A stretch of DNA of 61,982 nt, counting the filler, from Sphacelaria rigidula (Eukaryota): the NCBI GenBank assembly GCA_964200075.2. It is 9 parts of 9 records of this genome, joined end to end, with 100 filler letters (N's around TTAATTAATTAA, not from the genome) between each part and the next. Parts side by side here need not be neighbours in the genome. Positions count along the whole stretch, not along the records: positions 20,698 to 27,495 come from CAXNAA020018033.1; positions 27,596 to 34,393 come from CAXNAA020018034.1; positions 34,494 to 41,291 come from CAXNAA020018035.1; 6 more parts are not named here. One strand, 5' to 3'. The position numbers and the translations under genes are program-made. The notes under the pieces are model-generated. The model saw nothing but the letters and a program-made list of their open reading frames with translations. It was not told where the DNA came from and searched no databases. Positions within the stretch are counted from its first letter, which is position 1. Each line of letters opens with the position of its first letter. This document shows, piece after piece, positions 23,806-37,039 of this stretch.

Positions 23806-24984
23806 CGTCATCGTTGTAAATTGTTTTTCTGTCCGGGTGTCCTCATGAAGCAGTCACCGTATCCTCTAGATTAAAAACAAGTGTTGGACCCACTGTCGCA
23901 CCCTGTGTGTTCTATCTCTCTCTGCACAAACAGGAGCAAGACGATTCGATGCATCATTTTCACGCCCATGTCATCAACCGTTTCACTCGTTGCTGTTACT
24001 ATTCCTTCCACGATGGCATTATCTAGAGACCGTTACTTGAGAAAAAAACATGGCAAAGGTGCTGAGGGTATGATACCGTCCCCCGCGGTATATCAGATTG
24101 TTTGCGGTTTCACTACCGAATACCTCGCGACAACTGTGGTGTCTACTGGCCAGAATCCCGATTACAGGGTACGTGTTTTACTGATTGTACTGATCGGAAT
24201 GAATGGCGATCCTCAAGTACCTGAAACACAGAGCCGTACCCGCACCGTTCTGTACAAAAAGCACCTGTTTTGAGCACGGGTACATGGCGAGCACGTCGCA
24301 CAGAATCGGCCACCGTGGGCGCACATGGACACACTTTTCAGAAATTGCGTCGTGATGAAGGGTTGATGGTCGTGACTCGCACCCTATCATTCTAAAGATT
24401 ATATTGTTGCTGTTGTTGTGTAGTAATCGTATACCCTGACACCGAGGGATTTGACGCTCAAGCGTACATACGGCGGTGGTGCTTCGGATGTATTGGAAAT
24501 TTCATGGCTTCTGTACCCCCTTTTTGCACTCGTGTTGTTGAGCGTATACAAAGCATGACAAATGTGTGTGCCTACTACTCCCTGTATTGAGAAGGTCCTT
24601 CTCCCCTTGACAGCGTCGTGGTCATGGTCCGTATGGTGGAGCAGGCAGTGGTACTGTTGACCCGTCGTCTCGATTTATATCTTCACTAACAGTCCTGGTG
24701 TATCACACTGGGAGAGTCTGCACGATTTCACTTGTCTCACCTACGAGCACGCTAGCTCCCTTCACCGTTACCCCCGCCCCGCTGCCGCTGCATCGACCGC
24801 CGCCCCCTTTTCCGCCCCCATCAACTTGTGCGTGAATGCGGGACAACAGGGGAGGTTGAAGCTAAGCTCAGGTGGAGCGTTTCCCGCGAAGTACGCTATG
24901 CGGTTCGCGGCGGGCTTCGGTAGCCAGGTGGCTTTCGCGCTCTACGCCACGGTGGATGCTGTGCCGGCCAAGGCAGAAGTATAG
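22581..24984 (+). CDS. Beta-ketoacyl synthase, last three exons (22581-22772, 23391-23504, 24850-24984)
   Basis: Phase-0 GT-AG introns join ..YFSHETCTHAT..EVTALRSCFG..IINTK|GFTGHPMGVSFEDV..VLPP..DPAL|GRLKLSSGG..YAMRFAAGFGSQVAFALY..stop, the thiolase-fold KS C-terminal motifs (K..TGH, GFG). Confidence 0.88.
22976..23097. repeat. Compound microsatellite (CGGAC)n(CGAAA)n in a KS intron
   Basis: Read directly from the sequence. Confidence 0.95.
23534..23805. repeat. (GCTGGTGTT)n, (GCTGTT)n and (TGT)n microsatellites in a KS intron
   Basis: Read directly from the sequence. Confidence 0.95.
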
Positions 24985-26510
24985 ATATAGGTGTTTGATT
25001 ATCCTTTTTTTTTTCGGGCGTGGTGCACACTGTGGCTGCAAATAAGTCGACATTAATAATAATTGCATTTTTTTTCAAGAGCACAGTAGCCCATGACACG
25101 TCGACAGCTGGGACATTTCCCACGTCCGGATCTAGTAGTTGTGCCCCACCGGGGAAGGGACTTTCGGACTGCAGTGGCAGAAAGGAACGCCCTTAGAAGG
25201 CTGACGTATTTGACGGACTTATCCTGGTATCTTTTCGTGCAGTAGAGGTAATTCTTTGTCGGTAACGGACTGTCTTCAGTGAGCATGATGAGTTCTGTCG
25301 TTTGGAAATTTCGGGTCTGAGAGCAAGATGCTATACGGTTTGGTACTATCTTTCGTTTCCGAGTTGTATGTTCTATTTAAACTAGTGCCAACTGCCAGCA
25401 CATGTATTGTCTGGCGTGCTGCGGTAGCATCATGTCCCCCCCCCCCCTACCCCAGTGTGTGTTTTTTTGTGCCTCAACCGGCCGTTAGCAACCGTGGACG
25501 TCTTCTTGCCTTGTTCCCAGGTGCTTCAGAATCCTAAGAAATGCGTTAGTTATGGGTAAGGGCGAGTGCGTTCATTGACGAGCCTGTTGTGGTCTATAGT
25601 AAGAGACCAGCGCATGTTTGCTTGTTCATGTGCGCTCCACTCGCAACAGTGCTTCTGTGGGTGGTCGGAAAAAAACAAGGTGCGCTCAACCCTTCAACAG
25701 GGGAGTGTTTGAGGGGAAATCTAGTGCAAGGAGCATCGGTCAGTGATGAGCAAGTCTCATAAAGTCGTCGTGGATATACAGTGGAGATTATTTTAGTTGA
25801 CACAATGTGACACGCTCGAAGTCGAACGGTGAGAGTGTTGGACGTGTGTGCGCGTGTGTTTATTCGTTTACCTAGACAGGTGTTGCGTTGTGTGCAGACC
25901 AAGACCGCTGGGTTCGTGCGCGATCACATGCTTTTGTGTGCTCGCCTTGCCAGTGTATTTGTTGTGCAGTTTGCGTATCTTATCACGCGCGTGTACTGCC
26001 GTTGATTGATGAAACACATGAAAGAAAACAATGGCTGTTGAGGATGAATACAAAATGCACGACTTTTTATCCAAAGTAGTTGATGCACGATACTCCCGGC
26101 ATGACTGTGCTTGTGCTTGTCGGGGAGAAGATTGTAGCGTAGGCAACAGCAGTGCAGCGGGGTTTACGAGTGCTGAGGAACTTGGGACACGATAATTTAT
26201 CCTCGTACCGCTTGAGGGGTCTTCCTGCATCACGCGGCATTTTTTTCAAATTTCTCCACGGGTCTGTCGAGAGAAAAATTCCGGACACGGAGCCCCCCCC
26301 CCTTCCTCCCGAGGGGCATTTTTTCGAAAATTGGCATGTTTTTTTTGTTTTTGTTTGTTGTTGAAAGAAATTGGTCAACCAGCACTGACAAAAACCGAAA
26401 AATCTGGTTGGCTTTGCGAGGTCCATATATCTGTTTCTTCTGCTCCCTGCCCGCCCTGTCCTTATGACCTCGAATGCCGGCAACGCTCACACACACCCAG
26501 AACAGTGTCT

Positions 26511-26570
26511 TCGTGAGAATGAGAGTAGAGCGCAGATTGGGAATGACTTTGATCATTCGCTTCAACTTAG
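26511..26570 (-). repeat. Short dispersed repeat, about 60 bp
   Basis: Reverse complement aagcgaatgatcaaag.ca.tcccaatc..tcta.tctca.tctcacgaa also at about 34506 and 36237. Confidence 0.65.
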
Positions 26571-27495
26571 CCATTTTCCCTTTCCGCGTGTGCTTTTCTT
26601 TACCTCTATCACTGCCATGTGCTCACAGCTGCACGTCGATATCCTATTCAGGGATGGCCAGGGCCTCAGTGGCAAGCTACTATGGAAAGAATATCAGACC
26701 TTAAGAAGGGGCATCTCGGAACTGAAACGATTCATTCATGGGTTGACCGCTTTTCACTTTCAATCGTATCCTCTGCTTTGAATCTTACGAACATTGTTCA
26801 TGTACAAGACACGAGCGTACGGTAGCGACAGCCTGTAGCCAAAGTAGCAACATTATCTCACGCCTCGCTAAATGCGCCCGGACTAGTGGTGGGTAGTCGA
26901 AGCACACGACACGGAACATGATCCCCTAAAGGTGATCGTGGTAGGTGATGAGCTTGGAGGGGCGGTGTGTCCGTCATCTCAGCGGTCCCCATGCCAAGGG
27001 TCCCTGTATTCGGCAGCTGACCATATCCGCCAAGGCCTCGGCAATAAACTAGGGAACAGCAGGCGAGATATCCCCCGCCATCCCCCCCTCAAAAACTTGA
27101 ATTTTTGATCTTGCGGCCTACGCATCCCGAAACAGGTTTTTGACGGACCCTCGGCTTCTCTCAGTTTTCCCTTATATGAATACTTTTCCCCGACTTGCCC
27201 GAAATTAAAAACGACCGAAAAAATGTGCGGACTCGAGGTCATGAAACTGACTTTCAATCGATCAAATACTAGACACTCGATCTGGCGGAAACTTTGTTGA
27301 ATGTGTAAAGCAATCAGATTTTACCCGTCTCCATAAGACACGGTCTAATCGGAGATGAGATGTGAACAAAAATCCCATCACCATGAACATCGCACTAATT
27401 GATGGAGTAACGCATATTATGGTGGCGGTGTACAACGAACAGTAGTTTCGTGAGATTGAGAGTCTAAGATACGATTGAGAGTAGGCTTTTCAAGA

Positions 27496-27595
27496 NNNNN
27501 NNNNNNNNNNNNNNNNNNNNNNNNNNNNNNNNNNNNNNNTTAATTAATTAANNNNNNNNNNNNNNNNNNNNNNNNNNNNNNNNNNNNNNNNNNNN
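27496..27595. other. Artificial contig linker
   Basis: N44-TTAATTAATTAA-N44. Confidence 0.98.
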
Positions 27596-28125
27596 TGCCG
27601 ATGTTTGTGCCACGTATGCTTGCATTGACGGGACGATGAAATATCTTGACGTCTGCGCAGCGTGAGGTTAACTACTGAGTCGGCGGCATCCGCATGCACG
27701 AGTCCCACACTCCTGCCAGGCGCGTTGCACGTTTTGTACTACACATACAATAGCACTTCCCTGGCTGTTGCGCCTCCTTTCGCAACAATATCATCCTGGG
27801 AACTTCATCATCTCATCGAAGTTGCCGTACGTAGAAAAATCGGCAGCACTATCCTCTGCAGTGTGCCACTTCTGTTTTCAAATCTCGCAAGGATATTGCA
27901 ACGGGTTCGGCACCAGAAAGGTCCCGTGACAATATTGTTCCGAAAGGAGGCTTGGGGGCCAAGGTGTTGCAACGTGTTGTGCAGGAAGTACGACGCACCT
28001 GGTGGAAGTATAGGACTCGTGCCTGCAGATACCACCGACCCAGTAGGTAATTTCTCGCTGCGCAGACGTGAAGATATTTCATCGTCCCATCAATGCCATC
28101 ATACGTGGCACAATCGCCGGCGCAT
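27596..28125. mobile_element. Fold-back/MITE-like long inverted repeat, left arm cut by the contig start
   Basis: 27596-27825 is the diverged reverse complement of about 27895-28125. Confidence 0.75.
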
Positions 28126-28221
28126 TCGTCCCGCGGAACATTTGAGCACGTGGTATACTTGACCCAGTATATTGTCGGCACAGTAGGTTTTTTGTTTTGC
28201 CGCACTCTATCGGCACACGCC

Positions 28222-28440
28222 TTTTTTTGTTTGTCACACTCTAAACCCCCCCCCCCCTCCTCGGGACGAGTCTGCGGTCTTTACAGGGACCAAACCATCT
28301 CCCCTCATGTCCTCATGCTTTCGACAGTGGAAATCATATATTCCGAAGGAAAAAATATGAGTATATGGCGGGAATCGAACCCCCATTCTCAACACCTTAA
28401 TGGCGACCGTATGACCGGTAGACCACCGGTGGAGGGCGGG
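28222..28440 (-). mobile_element. tRNA-derived SINE, shorter subfamily
   Basis: Minus strand GGTGGTCTACCGG..GGTTCGATTCCC head, gatttccac.gt.gaaagc core, gactcgtcccgaggaggggg tail. Confidence 0.75.
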
Positions 28441-30428
28441 TAACGTGGAGGCGCGAAAACGACGATGCGCGGCTCGATGTTTTAATTTTTTGGGTGATAT
28501 TTTTACACGAGAGAAACTGCACCAAGACCCATCCTGTCACCGCTGTCTTCCATTTTTTTCGCTCCCTTCAAGCGATCTAAATATCACCCAAACAAATTGC
28601 ATCGCCCGAAGTTGGGGTGGAAACACGAAAAAAGACGACGGTGACACGGTAGGCTCAAGGGCTGTTTGTCTAGTGTCAAAACGTCACCCCGAAAAGTCGA
28701 AAACGTGAGCCGCGCGTGGGCTGTGGGCTGTGGCGACAGAGCCTTGGCTGGCCCAGCTCGTATTTTGTTCTGGAGTCGATTTTTTTGTTAAAAAAAAAAA
28801 AGTCATACAAAAGTCGTATCGTATTCGTGATGAGGCGAAAGGGCACTGTGACGATGGGTGATGACTGGAACCACGAGATATGAAAACTATTTAGAGCAAC
28901 AGAGAAGGAAGCGAGCTCCCGGAAAACGCCTCCGACACTCTGTAGCGGAGGGCACACAAGTAAAATATACTCGTACGTACAGGAGACGAACTTCGGTGCG
29001 GAGAAGAACGTGCATACACTTGGAGCGTTCGCCTTGGAACAGTATTTTGATGGCGTGTTCTACTCGATGCGTGAGATTGCACCGAAAATGTGATGTCGAC
29101 GTGTAGACGGGGAGAGAAAGCGGGGAAGAGTAGGCTGACAAAGGGATACATTGACATCCTGTACAGGCTGGTTGGTCCTACTACGTGACATTCAAGGTGT
29201 TACAGGCGGTTTTTCGCTTTTGCATGCAGCGGCAGTATGTACGTGTGCTGTATGCCTTCCCTGGATACAAGGGCAAAAGACAGCCAACGTGCCAACGCTC
29301 TCCACTGAACAATGCTGCTGATGGATCTGCTGTTCCACGACAACACTACAGACAGTTTGAAGCAATACCACCAACGCATGAGGGGTCAGGCAGGCGGGAT
29401 AGGCCATGAGCGAAGTAAGAAGCACGATGATTGTGCCCATGTTACAGTATCTATGGTTGAATTGTCACGGTCAAAATGAGAAATACGGCTAGACAGCGCG
29501 AAGTGGTTTGCCTGTATTCCACGTGTAGTGTACCAAAGTGACCATTTTGATAGCCGTGATTGGTCAGAATGGTAACTCCGCTTCCCGCGGATCTCGTTTC
29601 TGGCTAATGATTTTCCGTGGGAAACTTCCACACACACGTGGTTGGCTTGGTGAGCTTTTCGGCTGTTTCGCGAACAGGCTCGTACCCCGCAGTCAAAAAT
29701 CATCCCCCCCGCCCCCTGGAAACCCCCGGATATACCTGGACTGTCAACCTGTACGACTGCTCCAAGGCGACGCTCGCTATCCAAGGGTTGATCCTACAGA
29801 TTTTGTTTTGTTGATTACTCGGTCTGTTTTGACAGAATTCGAGAGGGGAAAGGTCCGCCCTTACATCTGGAACAGTAAAAAGTGAAAACTCTCCAAGGCA
29901 TGCCCTGAAGGATTTCACACTGTCGACGCGTATCTGTCCGTTGTCAATTTTCTAGGCCCCAACTTTCAAACCTCGAAGAAGAAAATCCGATGACGTGTGC
30001 GTTTATTCCCCGAGGGCTTCGAAGATCCCGCACGCTAGCGAGTGCAGACGTTTTTTCAAGTATGCGTGTTGGGTGTGCATTATTTTTGGGCGACGAGTTG
30101 GGTGTGGAAACAGGTACCGTCCCGTTTATCCCGCCTCGGTGCCAGCAACAGCGACGTCCATACCGAATTCCAGGTCAATCGAGTAAGAACTCGTTTATGT
30201 CGATCTTTGTATGAAACCGTCCCGTAGCAGCCGCCATCGGGCTGTATCGGATATATAGCGGCAAAGTGCGGGATGTTGAAAGCCCCCGAGTGATCGCTGC
30301 GGCAAGGCGGGGTACTCTTCGGTCTTTGCACGGTGGCAGCGGAGGGCATCTTTGCACACGCCGGACGAGCACGAGTGTGCCTCGTGGCACTCGCACTCGT
30401 TGGGCCGCTCGTTGACCATAAAAAATAA

Positions 30429-30700
30429 TAGGGCGAGCACTCGAGTCATTGCTCGATGTGGAAAAAACAAACAGGGCGAGCACTCGAGTCATTGCTCGTT
30501 GTGGAAAAAAACAAACAGGGCGAGCACTCGAGCCATCGTTCGTTGTTGGAAACAAGCTAATAGGGCGAGCACACGAGTCATTGCTCGCTGTAGAATAAAG
30601 TAACGACTCGAGCACACGAGTCATGCTCGTTGTGTTTTAAAAAAAAATCCACGAGTGCACTCGTTTCGATGAGTAATGACTCGTCCGACGTGTGCATCTA
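30429..30700. repeat. Palindromic minisatellite, 43-45-bp unit, about 5 copies
   Basis: agggcgagcactcgagtcattgctcg units at about 30429, 30472, 30516, 30561 and 30606. Confidence 0.85.
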
Positions 30701-31613
30701 AGTTCTGTGTTTTGCTGCCGCTCGGCCTGTTTGCTCCGAAGACACTTTTATGGGGTGAAGCAGTTGAGGCAGGACCCGCCTGTATGTAATACGGATGGCG
30801 ATGCCGCTCGCCTCGCCCCCTCTCTTAGTATTTTTGTGTTGCTGTAGACGTGATATTTTCACGTGTGCGAACGTGTCCATTTTTGTCATTTTCGTCCCGT
30901 CTTTCTCACAAAGCTATCCGATATGTGATGGCGATGACAGAACCACTAGACGGCAACTGGGGAGAGTGAGCTGACGAGAAACGCCTTCGAAATTCTGTAC
31001 GCTACGGATGATGACCATCATGCCGCTGCTGCCCCTGCAGAGGGAGGGAAACCGCTGGCCGCTGGCGCTGGTCAGGTGAGGAAGAAAGTTCTTATTTTTT
31101 TGTTGCTGTGGAGGCCGCCGTACTTTGCCCTTGCTTTTCATGTTCTGTTTTTACGTGATTTGTTGGGGTTCCACTGTTGATTCAGTTTTGTAGTCTCGGA
31201 GCATGACGTATGTTTCTTGGCTGCTGTGAGAGTTGCGCAGTTGGGTTGAGCTTGTTCGGTCGTCAAACTTTATTTGCTTTGAATTTTTCTTGTTTTTATT
31301 TCCCCTTTTTTTGTTTGGTCAGCTGTGTTTCGTCGTTGGGGTGCTGCGCAGTTGCTTGCCTGCACTCGTTGCTGATGACTGGCAGCAGGTAAAAACAAGC
31401 TGTGGTGTTTTTGTAGTCTGTTGGGATGGTGCTGTGTTGTGTGTTGAGGTGGAAAATGAGTACCACGTCTTACGACTCTTGCGTCGACTCCCCCGGCCAA
31501 TATGCCCACCGTGCGGGTGTGGTTGTTGTCTCTGTCCGATCGTGAAGTCGATTCACACGTGCTATTCCTTCGATTGTGTGGGGGTGAGATTCAGTACCTG
31601 AAGTAAAACGGAC

Positions 31614-31746
31614 TAGATCGGGATCACGTATCGATACGGTACCCTGAGTCGACTCGTACGGTGAGTCCGGCAAATAAAGAAAAAGCTTTGAACTGGAGGG
31701 AGTATCACGACCGGTATTATCACGAGTCGTGACTCACCCGACCCTA
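31614..31746. mobile_element. Small MITE-like element
   Basis: Imperfect TIRs TAGATCGGGGATCACG / CGTGACTCACCCGACCCTA. Confidence 0.4.
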
Positions 31747-34393
31747 GCCTAGACTCCCAAGTCAGCCGATATTCGAAGCGTTGCTAGTTTGTTATGTTGG
31801 CCGTCCGTGTCGAAGTTTGCGTCGTCGCTTGGGCTCTTGTTGTCTCTGGACTGCTTCGGTGCCGTTGTGGCTGCTGAAGCATACAGTGCTTGGATATTCG
31901 TGTTTGCCGTCTCCGGATCTTGAATATTTTCCAAACCTATGTCTCGTCCATCTGCGTTGAGGCGAGTTGTACCGCATGATGAGCGGGGTATCTGCAGTTG
32001 TCCCGCGCAACGCGGGCGCCTCTTGTACTTTCGCTACCCACTTTGTTGTCAATCTGCTCATGATGAACCTTCCTCTTTTCTGTTCTTTTTCCTGACACCA
32101 GTCGACTCTATTGACTTGTTGAAAGACAGTGAAGTTTTTTTGTTGGAGCATCATTGACTGTGCCAACACTTTTGAATTTGACGTGGCTTTGCGTGTGAGT
32201 CTGTGCTTGTAATACTTTCGTGTTGAACCGTGGACAGTTGCGAAATTGAATATTCCGCCCCTCAATTTGACGCCATACCTTGGCGCTTTAGGTGGGAGGA
32301 GCCAAACCGGAAGATGTTCTGGGGGGAGACAAACCGGTCGACGCCAATGGAGTCCGGCTTTCCTACTAGGTCACTGTTTATCGTTACACCAGCATATACA
32401 CCCGTACCCTCCGGTTGTAGGTGACGGAGTACAGGGCTCTCCACAAACTCATGTTCGGTGTGGTGCCGGCGTGAGGATATTCCCTGGGCGTTTCAGTCTT
32501 TCAACGTCGACTTTGTCGGGAAATGCGGCGAAGGTTGTGGTCATTGTTGATAGTGATGTCTTGTATGTCGCGTAGTGAAGGCCGTCGCTCAAGATGTTAA
32601 CAGAATCGGGAACTTTCAGGAGTAGGAGTAGTGGTGCGCTGTTCGTCTCTTCTTCCTCGGGAAATCAAGGATGAGAACAACAACTCCTCGTGTGGTGAAC
32701 TGGCGAGTGTACACATGCTCCGTCTCATGACGATATATGCGTGGCATCCAAATGCGTGCTGCACCTTGGATTTCTAGACATAGCACGAGCATACGAATGA
32801 TCATGGTGTGCCCCCCCTTCCCGCGAGAGGGATCATGGATTTGGTGTTCACCAAGACATGGTTCCTGATCGTTGTGCACGGTGGTTAAGGCAAAGAGTTG
32901 GGTTCTGGCAAATGGCGGGTGCTTCGAAGTTGACTGTAAAGTGGGGCTTCACGGCCGGCCGAGTCGTCACTGGACGGCGCTCGCGAACCACTTGCTCTCG
33001 GGACCTGAGGGCGTCGGGCTGGGCTTGAGAGTATTAGCTTGTGGGGTCCCTGTGCCAGGCACCTCTGTACAGGCAGTTGTGGAGTTCCGTGAGTAGTGCT
33101 ACTTGGCACTGGCACTCCGAATCTCCCACTGTATCAAGACATGAACGGAATAGCACTGGGAGGGCAATTCGGTCTGTTGCAGGCAGGAGGTATTGGATGG
33201 GTATCGTTGGCGGATCGGGGCCACTGCCTGTCATTTTGTTTTGCTTCGAATGGCGAAGGATCGCGCAGCTCCTCGCGTGTCGTGACCAATGCCAGTTCGG
33301 TGCAGTGTGTGATCAAGTCTTCTTCTGCACACCAGCGAGCTGTGTTGGTCCGATAACTTCGCTTTTTCTCGTCTTGCTACTGTACCTTCTCTAGTGCTTT
33401 TGCTCGCGGCACACACGTTTGCTTTTCCCGACACTGAACGGCACGCCTCGTCGGAACACCACGGTTCTTCTCTTGTCTGTTGCTCGCGGAGACGTTTGGA
33501 GAGCGGCGTGCCAAGTACACCTTACGGAAGAGAAGCACTTGGTGTCATCCATGGTAGGCCATTTTTGGGAAGGGTATGCGTGGCGTTACTGCCATTCGGT
33601 TCATAAACGTACTTGGTACTCTACTTGTCCAATTTTCCTTTGTTGTTGTTGCCTCGGCGGCTACTGGTGGCGGCGTGGAGACATCTGTTGTGTATCGCTC
33701 ATGGCAACTACCCCCTGCATGCGACGCAAATATCCTGATGTTGACTGACGCTAGCACACCAACCTCTTTTTTTCACATGATTTCTTGCGAGTGTCGTTCG
33801 CCGCGCAATCGGTTGCAATTCGACCCTATCTCGACCTAATTGGGCCGGTCGCATGTCGGCGAAAGCTCCCCAGGGCGGCCCGTTCGGAATGTGTCGGCGA
33901 TATTGCAAATCACGTGTCGAAACTTGAGGTCCCAACTCGAACATATGAGTTAAACGCGGCGACGTTCAAACATTTTGCGCCAGGATCGCTGGGCATGCGA
34001 TATTGCATATTATTACATATAATGATGAGATTCGGCGACAGCTTTGCAACGGCAAGGAATCATGGAAGCAGACGCTCACCGCCTTTCTTCTCATCTCGGA
34101 ACATTTGTTTTTCTCATGAGAAACTTCTAACACAAGAACCCGACGGAAGGAAAGTACAAACACGGTTGCGCGAGTTTCACGGCACTAACTTGGCGAATTC
34201 CCAAGCTGGATGGCGGCGCGTGACAGCCTCAACTTGCCCTATTACAACGACATACTGTAGTCAGCTCACCCGGACTTGGTGCCGTTCCAAAATGACCGCC
34301 AGCCAGCCACGGGGTGACTTTCTGTGCCGGCCCAGCTTGTAGCCGTCTGCTGTAAGAAATTCCTACTTGGGAAACTCCGACTCGACAGTTTGA

Positions 34394-34493
34394 NNNNNNN
34401 NNNNNNNNNNNNNNNNNNNNNNNNNNNNNNNNNNNNNTTAATTAATTAANNNNNNNNNNNNNNNNNNNNNNNNNNNNNNNNNNNNNNNNNNNN
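34394..34493. other. Artificial contig linker
   Basis: N44-TTAATTAATTAA-N44. Confidence 0.98.
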
Positions 34494-34566
34494 ATTATTA
34501 ACATAAAGCGAATGATCAAAGCCACTCTCAATCGTATCATCTACTCTCAATCTCACGAAAACCCTG

Positions 34567-34950
34567 TTTGGTATATCTCCTTCTTGCTTCTCGCAGGTCC
34601 CACCCGGAATCGCAGTTTTATTTTTTTCGCCATGTCCATGGGGCCATGCAAATATGTTTTCATCCTCATCCCCTCTCTCAATCCCCCCTACATTTTCAGG
34701 TGTTCTTCCTCGTCTACTTTGCGTCTGAGCGCTCCTTTTCCCCCTATTTTTATCACATCTCTTACTTTTGTCTTGTATCCCGCGTCTTCACTTATGGACA
34801 GTACTTCGTCTTGGTTTCCCTGTATATCCTTCCATACTTTCTCGACTTCTCCAGCCCACCTTATTAAGCCCGCCCTTTCGTATTTTCCTTCCATACAGCC
34901 TTATCAACTATAGCTAGGGATCATTTTCTCTATATCTTCTTTGAGCTATA
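34567..34950 (-). mobile_element. Internal LINE ORF2 fragment, same family as 20786-21688
   Basis: ALRRKVDEEEHLKM..GLREGMRMKTYLHGPMD peptide homology. Confidence 0.8.
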
Positions 34951-35060
34951 TTGTACGGGAACCGCAGGTAAGGTTACGTACCGAGCGCACCCCTCGTATT
35001 TAGCGGAGTATCCCATACCGTGGTATGCGTGAGTAATGTAGGTATGAATTTTGAAAATAC

Positions 35061-37039
35061 CAGGGGTCTATACGTTACACGTTCACGTTTACGTTCACGT
35101 TTACGTTCACGTTTACGTTCATCTCGTAAAAAGTATTTAACGTTCACGTTACGTTACGTTACGTATGTCACGTTAAATAAATTTGAACGTTACGTTAACG
35201 TTTCATATGAAAATTTAACGCTACGTTCACGTTACGTTCATCACGTAAAAATATTTATCGTTACGTTTCGTTACATGTAACGCAATATGAAACGTTTCAA
35301 TGTCACGTGTAACGTCTAATATAACGTTACGTTGACACGTGTAACGTTCGAATGTAACGTTTCGTTCTGTGAATGTCGCGGCTCATTTACCAGTGTTTGA
35401 GGCGTCGTCATGTGTCGTTTAACGCGTGATGTTACCGTGTACGTGACGCTGACGGTGGCCCGTCGGCTAGTTCTCACGCATAAAGAAAACTCTATAAAAA
35501 ACGCGTTTTCTGATAACCCACTTCACATGTGATCAGAAAACGCGTTTGAAATCCCGCCGCACGCCAACGCACCCTCCAGCCCACGACAGCAGCCATGGGT
35601 GGCTTGGCTGCCATAAACACTGCTGTCGCTGGTGCTCGCGGGTAGTCAGCGTGTTGCTTCATTGTCCTTCGCTCGCCAGTATCATGGTAGCTCTTTACGC
35701 CATGAGAACAGCACAAGGCAGGGTCGATGGCGAGTGCTGTACACTCTGTGTAGTATGCACAGATAGCATTGTCGCTCGCATTTCAGGTCTGTGCATGCAG
35801 CGTGATGCGAACAGCACTCGCGACGCAGTACAGACTGCCCACACACCCAAGACTTGTAGAGACAGGACCGCCCTGACCGTACACACAAGACCACAGTATA
35901 AGCAGAAGTGCTACTGCTGTAGTATCTATAGGACTTGGTAGCCTGGGCAATCTGTACTGTATTCGAGTGCTGTTCGCAACACGCTGCATGCAGACATGAA
36001 CTGAGCTACATTGCTGCGCAGCCAACCTACATACAGAGTGTCTGACAGCACTCGTCATGGACCCTGCCCTGTTTCAGTTCCGAAATGCCCCTCCACGAGA
36101 CCTGGTATGCTTTCTGTAGTAGCTTGCCACTCAGGGCCTTGATATCCTTGAGTAGGATATTGACGTGTTGCTTGTAGCACACGCCAGTGATGGAGGGGAG
36201 AAAACGTGCACACGGAATAAATAATTGGCTGGGTTGAAGCGAATGAATAAAGCCACTCCCAATCAGCGCTCTAATCTCAATCTCACGAAAAAGTTTACAG
36301 CCAATGCATACAATACAGTAGTGTGTACTCTTGTCTGTGCTTTCCTTTCAGTCAAGTACTACCGTGCAGTGAAAAGTACAACCGTCACTTCTACAGTCAG
36401 TTGTTAGTACAGCAAGGCGTTGTTCGTATTGATCGTCTTCCGTCACGTAGCCCATGTATTGCTCAGGCCATGCATCACAACAGTAGTACAGACAGTCAGT
36501 ACGGACCGTACACCACGACACGACAGCAGAGTGCTGCGTCTATCTCGCGCGCCCCGGAATTTGAAATCATGCCTGTACACCTCATAGAGAACGCGATGAG
36601 CACCGCGTTTCCAATTTTGACAGCGTGTCGATATCGTGAGGAAGGCGTTTTACAATAGTACCATATCTATATACCATGGTCATTCAAACTCACTCGTGTT
36701 AATTGAAGCACCATCTTCCAGGATTTTTTAATTCATTGCAAACTTGAAGTTTCACCACTGCATGTGACGTGTTCATGACGTTTCATGTAACGTGTAACGT
36801 AACATATAACGTTACGTGTAACGTGTAACGTCTAATGCACGTGTATCGAGTAATAGACGTTACACGTTACATGAAACGTTTCCTTAGACGTGATTTGAAC
36901 GTTTGGGCAATTAAACGTTCACGTTACGTTACGTATGTCACGTTAAAAAATATTATGTTACGTTAACGTTACGTTTCGGCCAAAACGTAACGTAAACATA
37001 ACGTGTAACGCTGTGGCACGTGTAACGTGTAGACCCCTG
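35061..37039. mobile_element. Non-autonomous hAT-like DNA transposon
   Basis: TIRs CAGGGGTCTATACGTTACACGT / ACGTGTAACGTGTAGACCCCTG; about 300-bp ACGTT/GTAAC-rich subterminal arrays at both ends; no transposase ORF. Confidence 0.8.
35712..36072. repeat. Internal long inverted repeat (nested MITE or hairpin)
   Basis: Arms of about 150 bp (ggcagggtc.atg.cgagtgctgt..tgcatgcagcgtg.tgcgaacagcactcg..agtacaga) around a loop of about 60 bp. Confidence 0.75.

Noticed and set aside
22792-23874. ORFs with NETKR, poly-C, poly-T or VAG repeats
   Set aside because: These are translations of intronic microsatellites inside the ketosynthase gene.
30429-30700. CRISPR-like array of palindromic repeats
   Set aside because: The linkers are short, similar and A-rich rather than unique spacers, there are no cas genes, and the context is eukaryotic.
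30960-31020. Hammerhead ribozyme core CTGACGA-gaa..ttc-GAAA
   Set aside because: Stem I does not form and the cleavage triplet would end in G; probably a chance match. Other CTGANGA hits (about 1167, 1457, 14674, 46258) lack a proper stem II-GAAA.
31750-33850. Possible decayed coding region on the minus strand
   Set aside because: Only short ORFs, with no recognisable motif and no consistent splice model.
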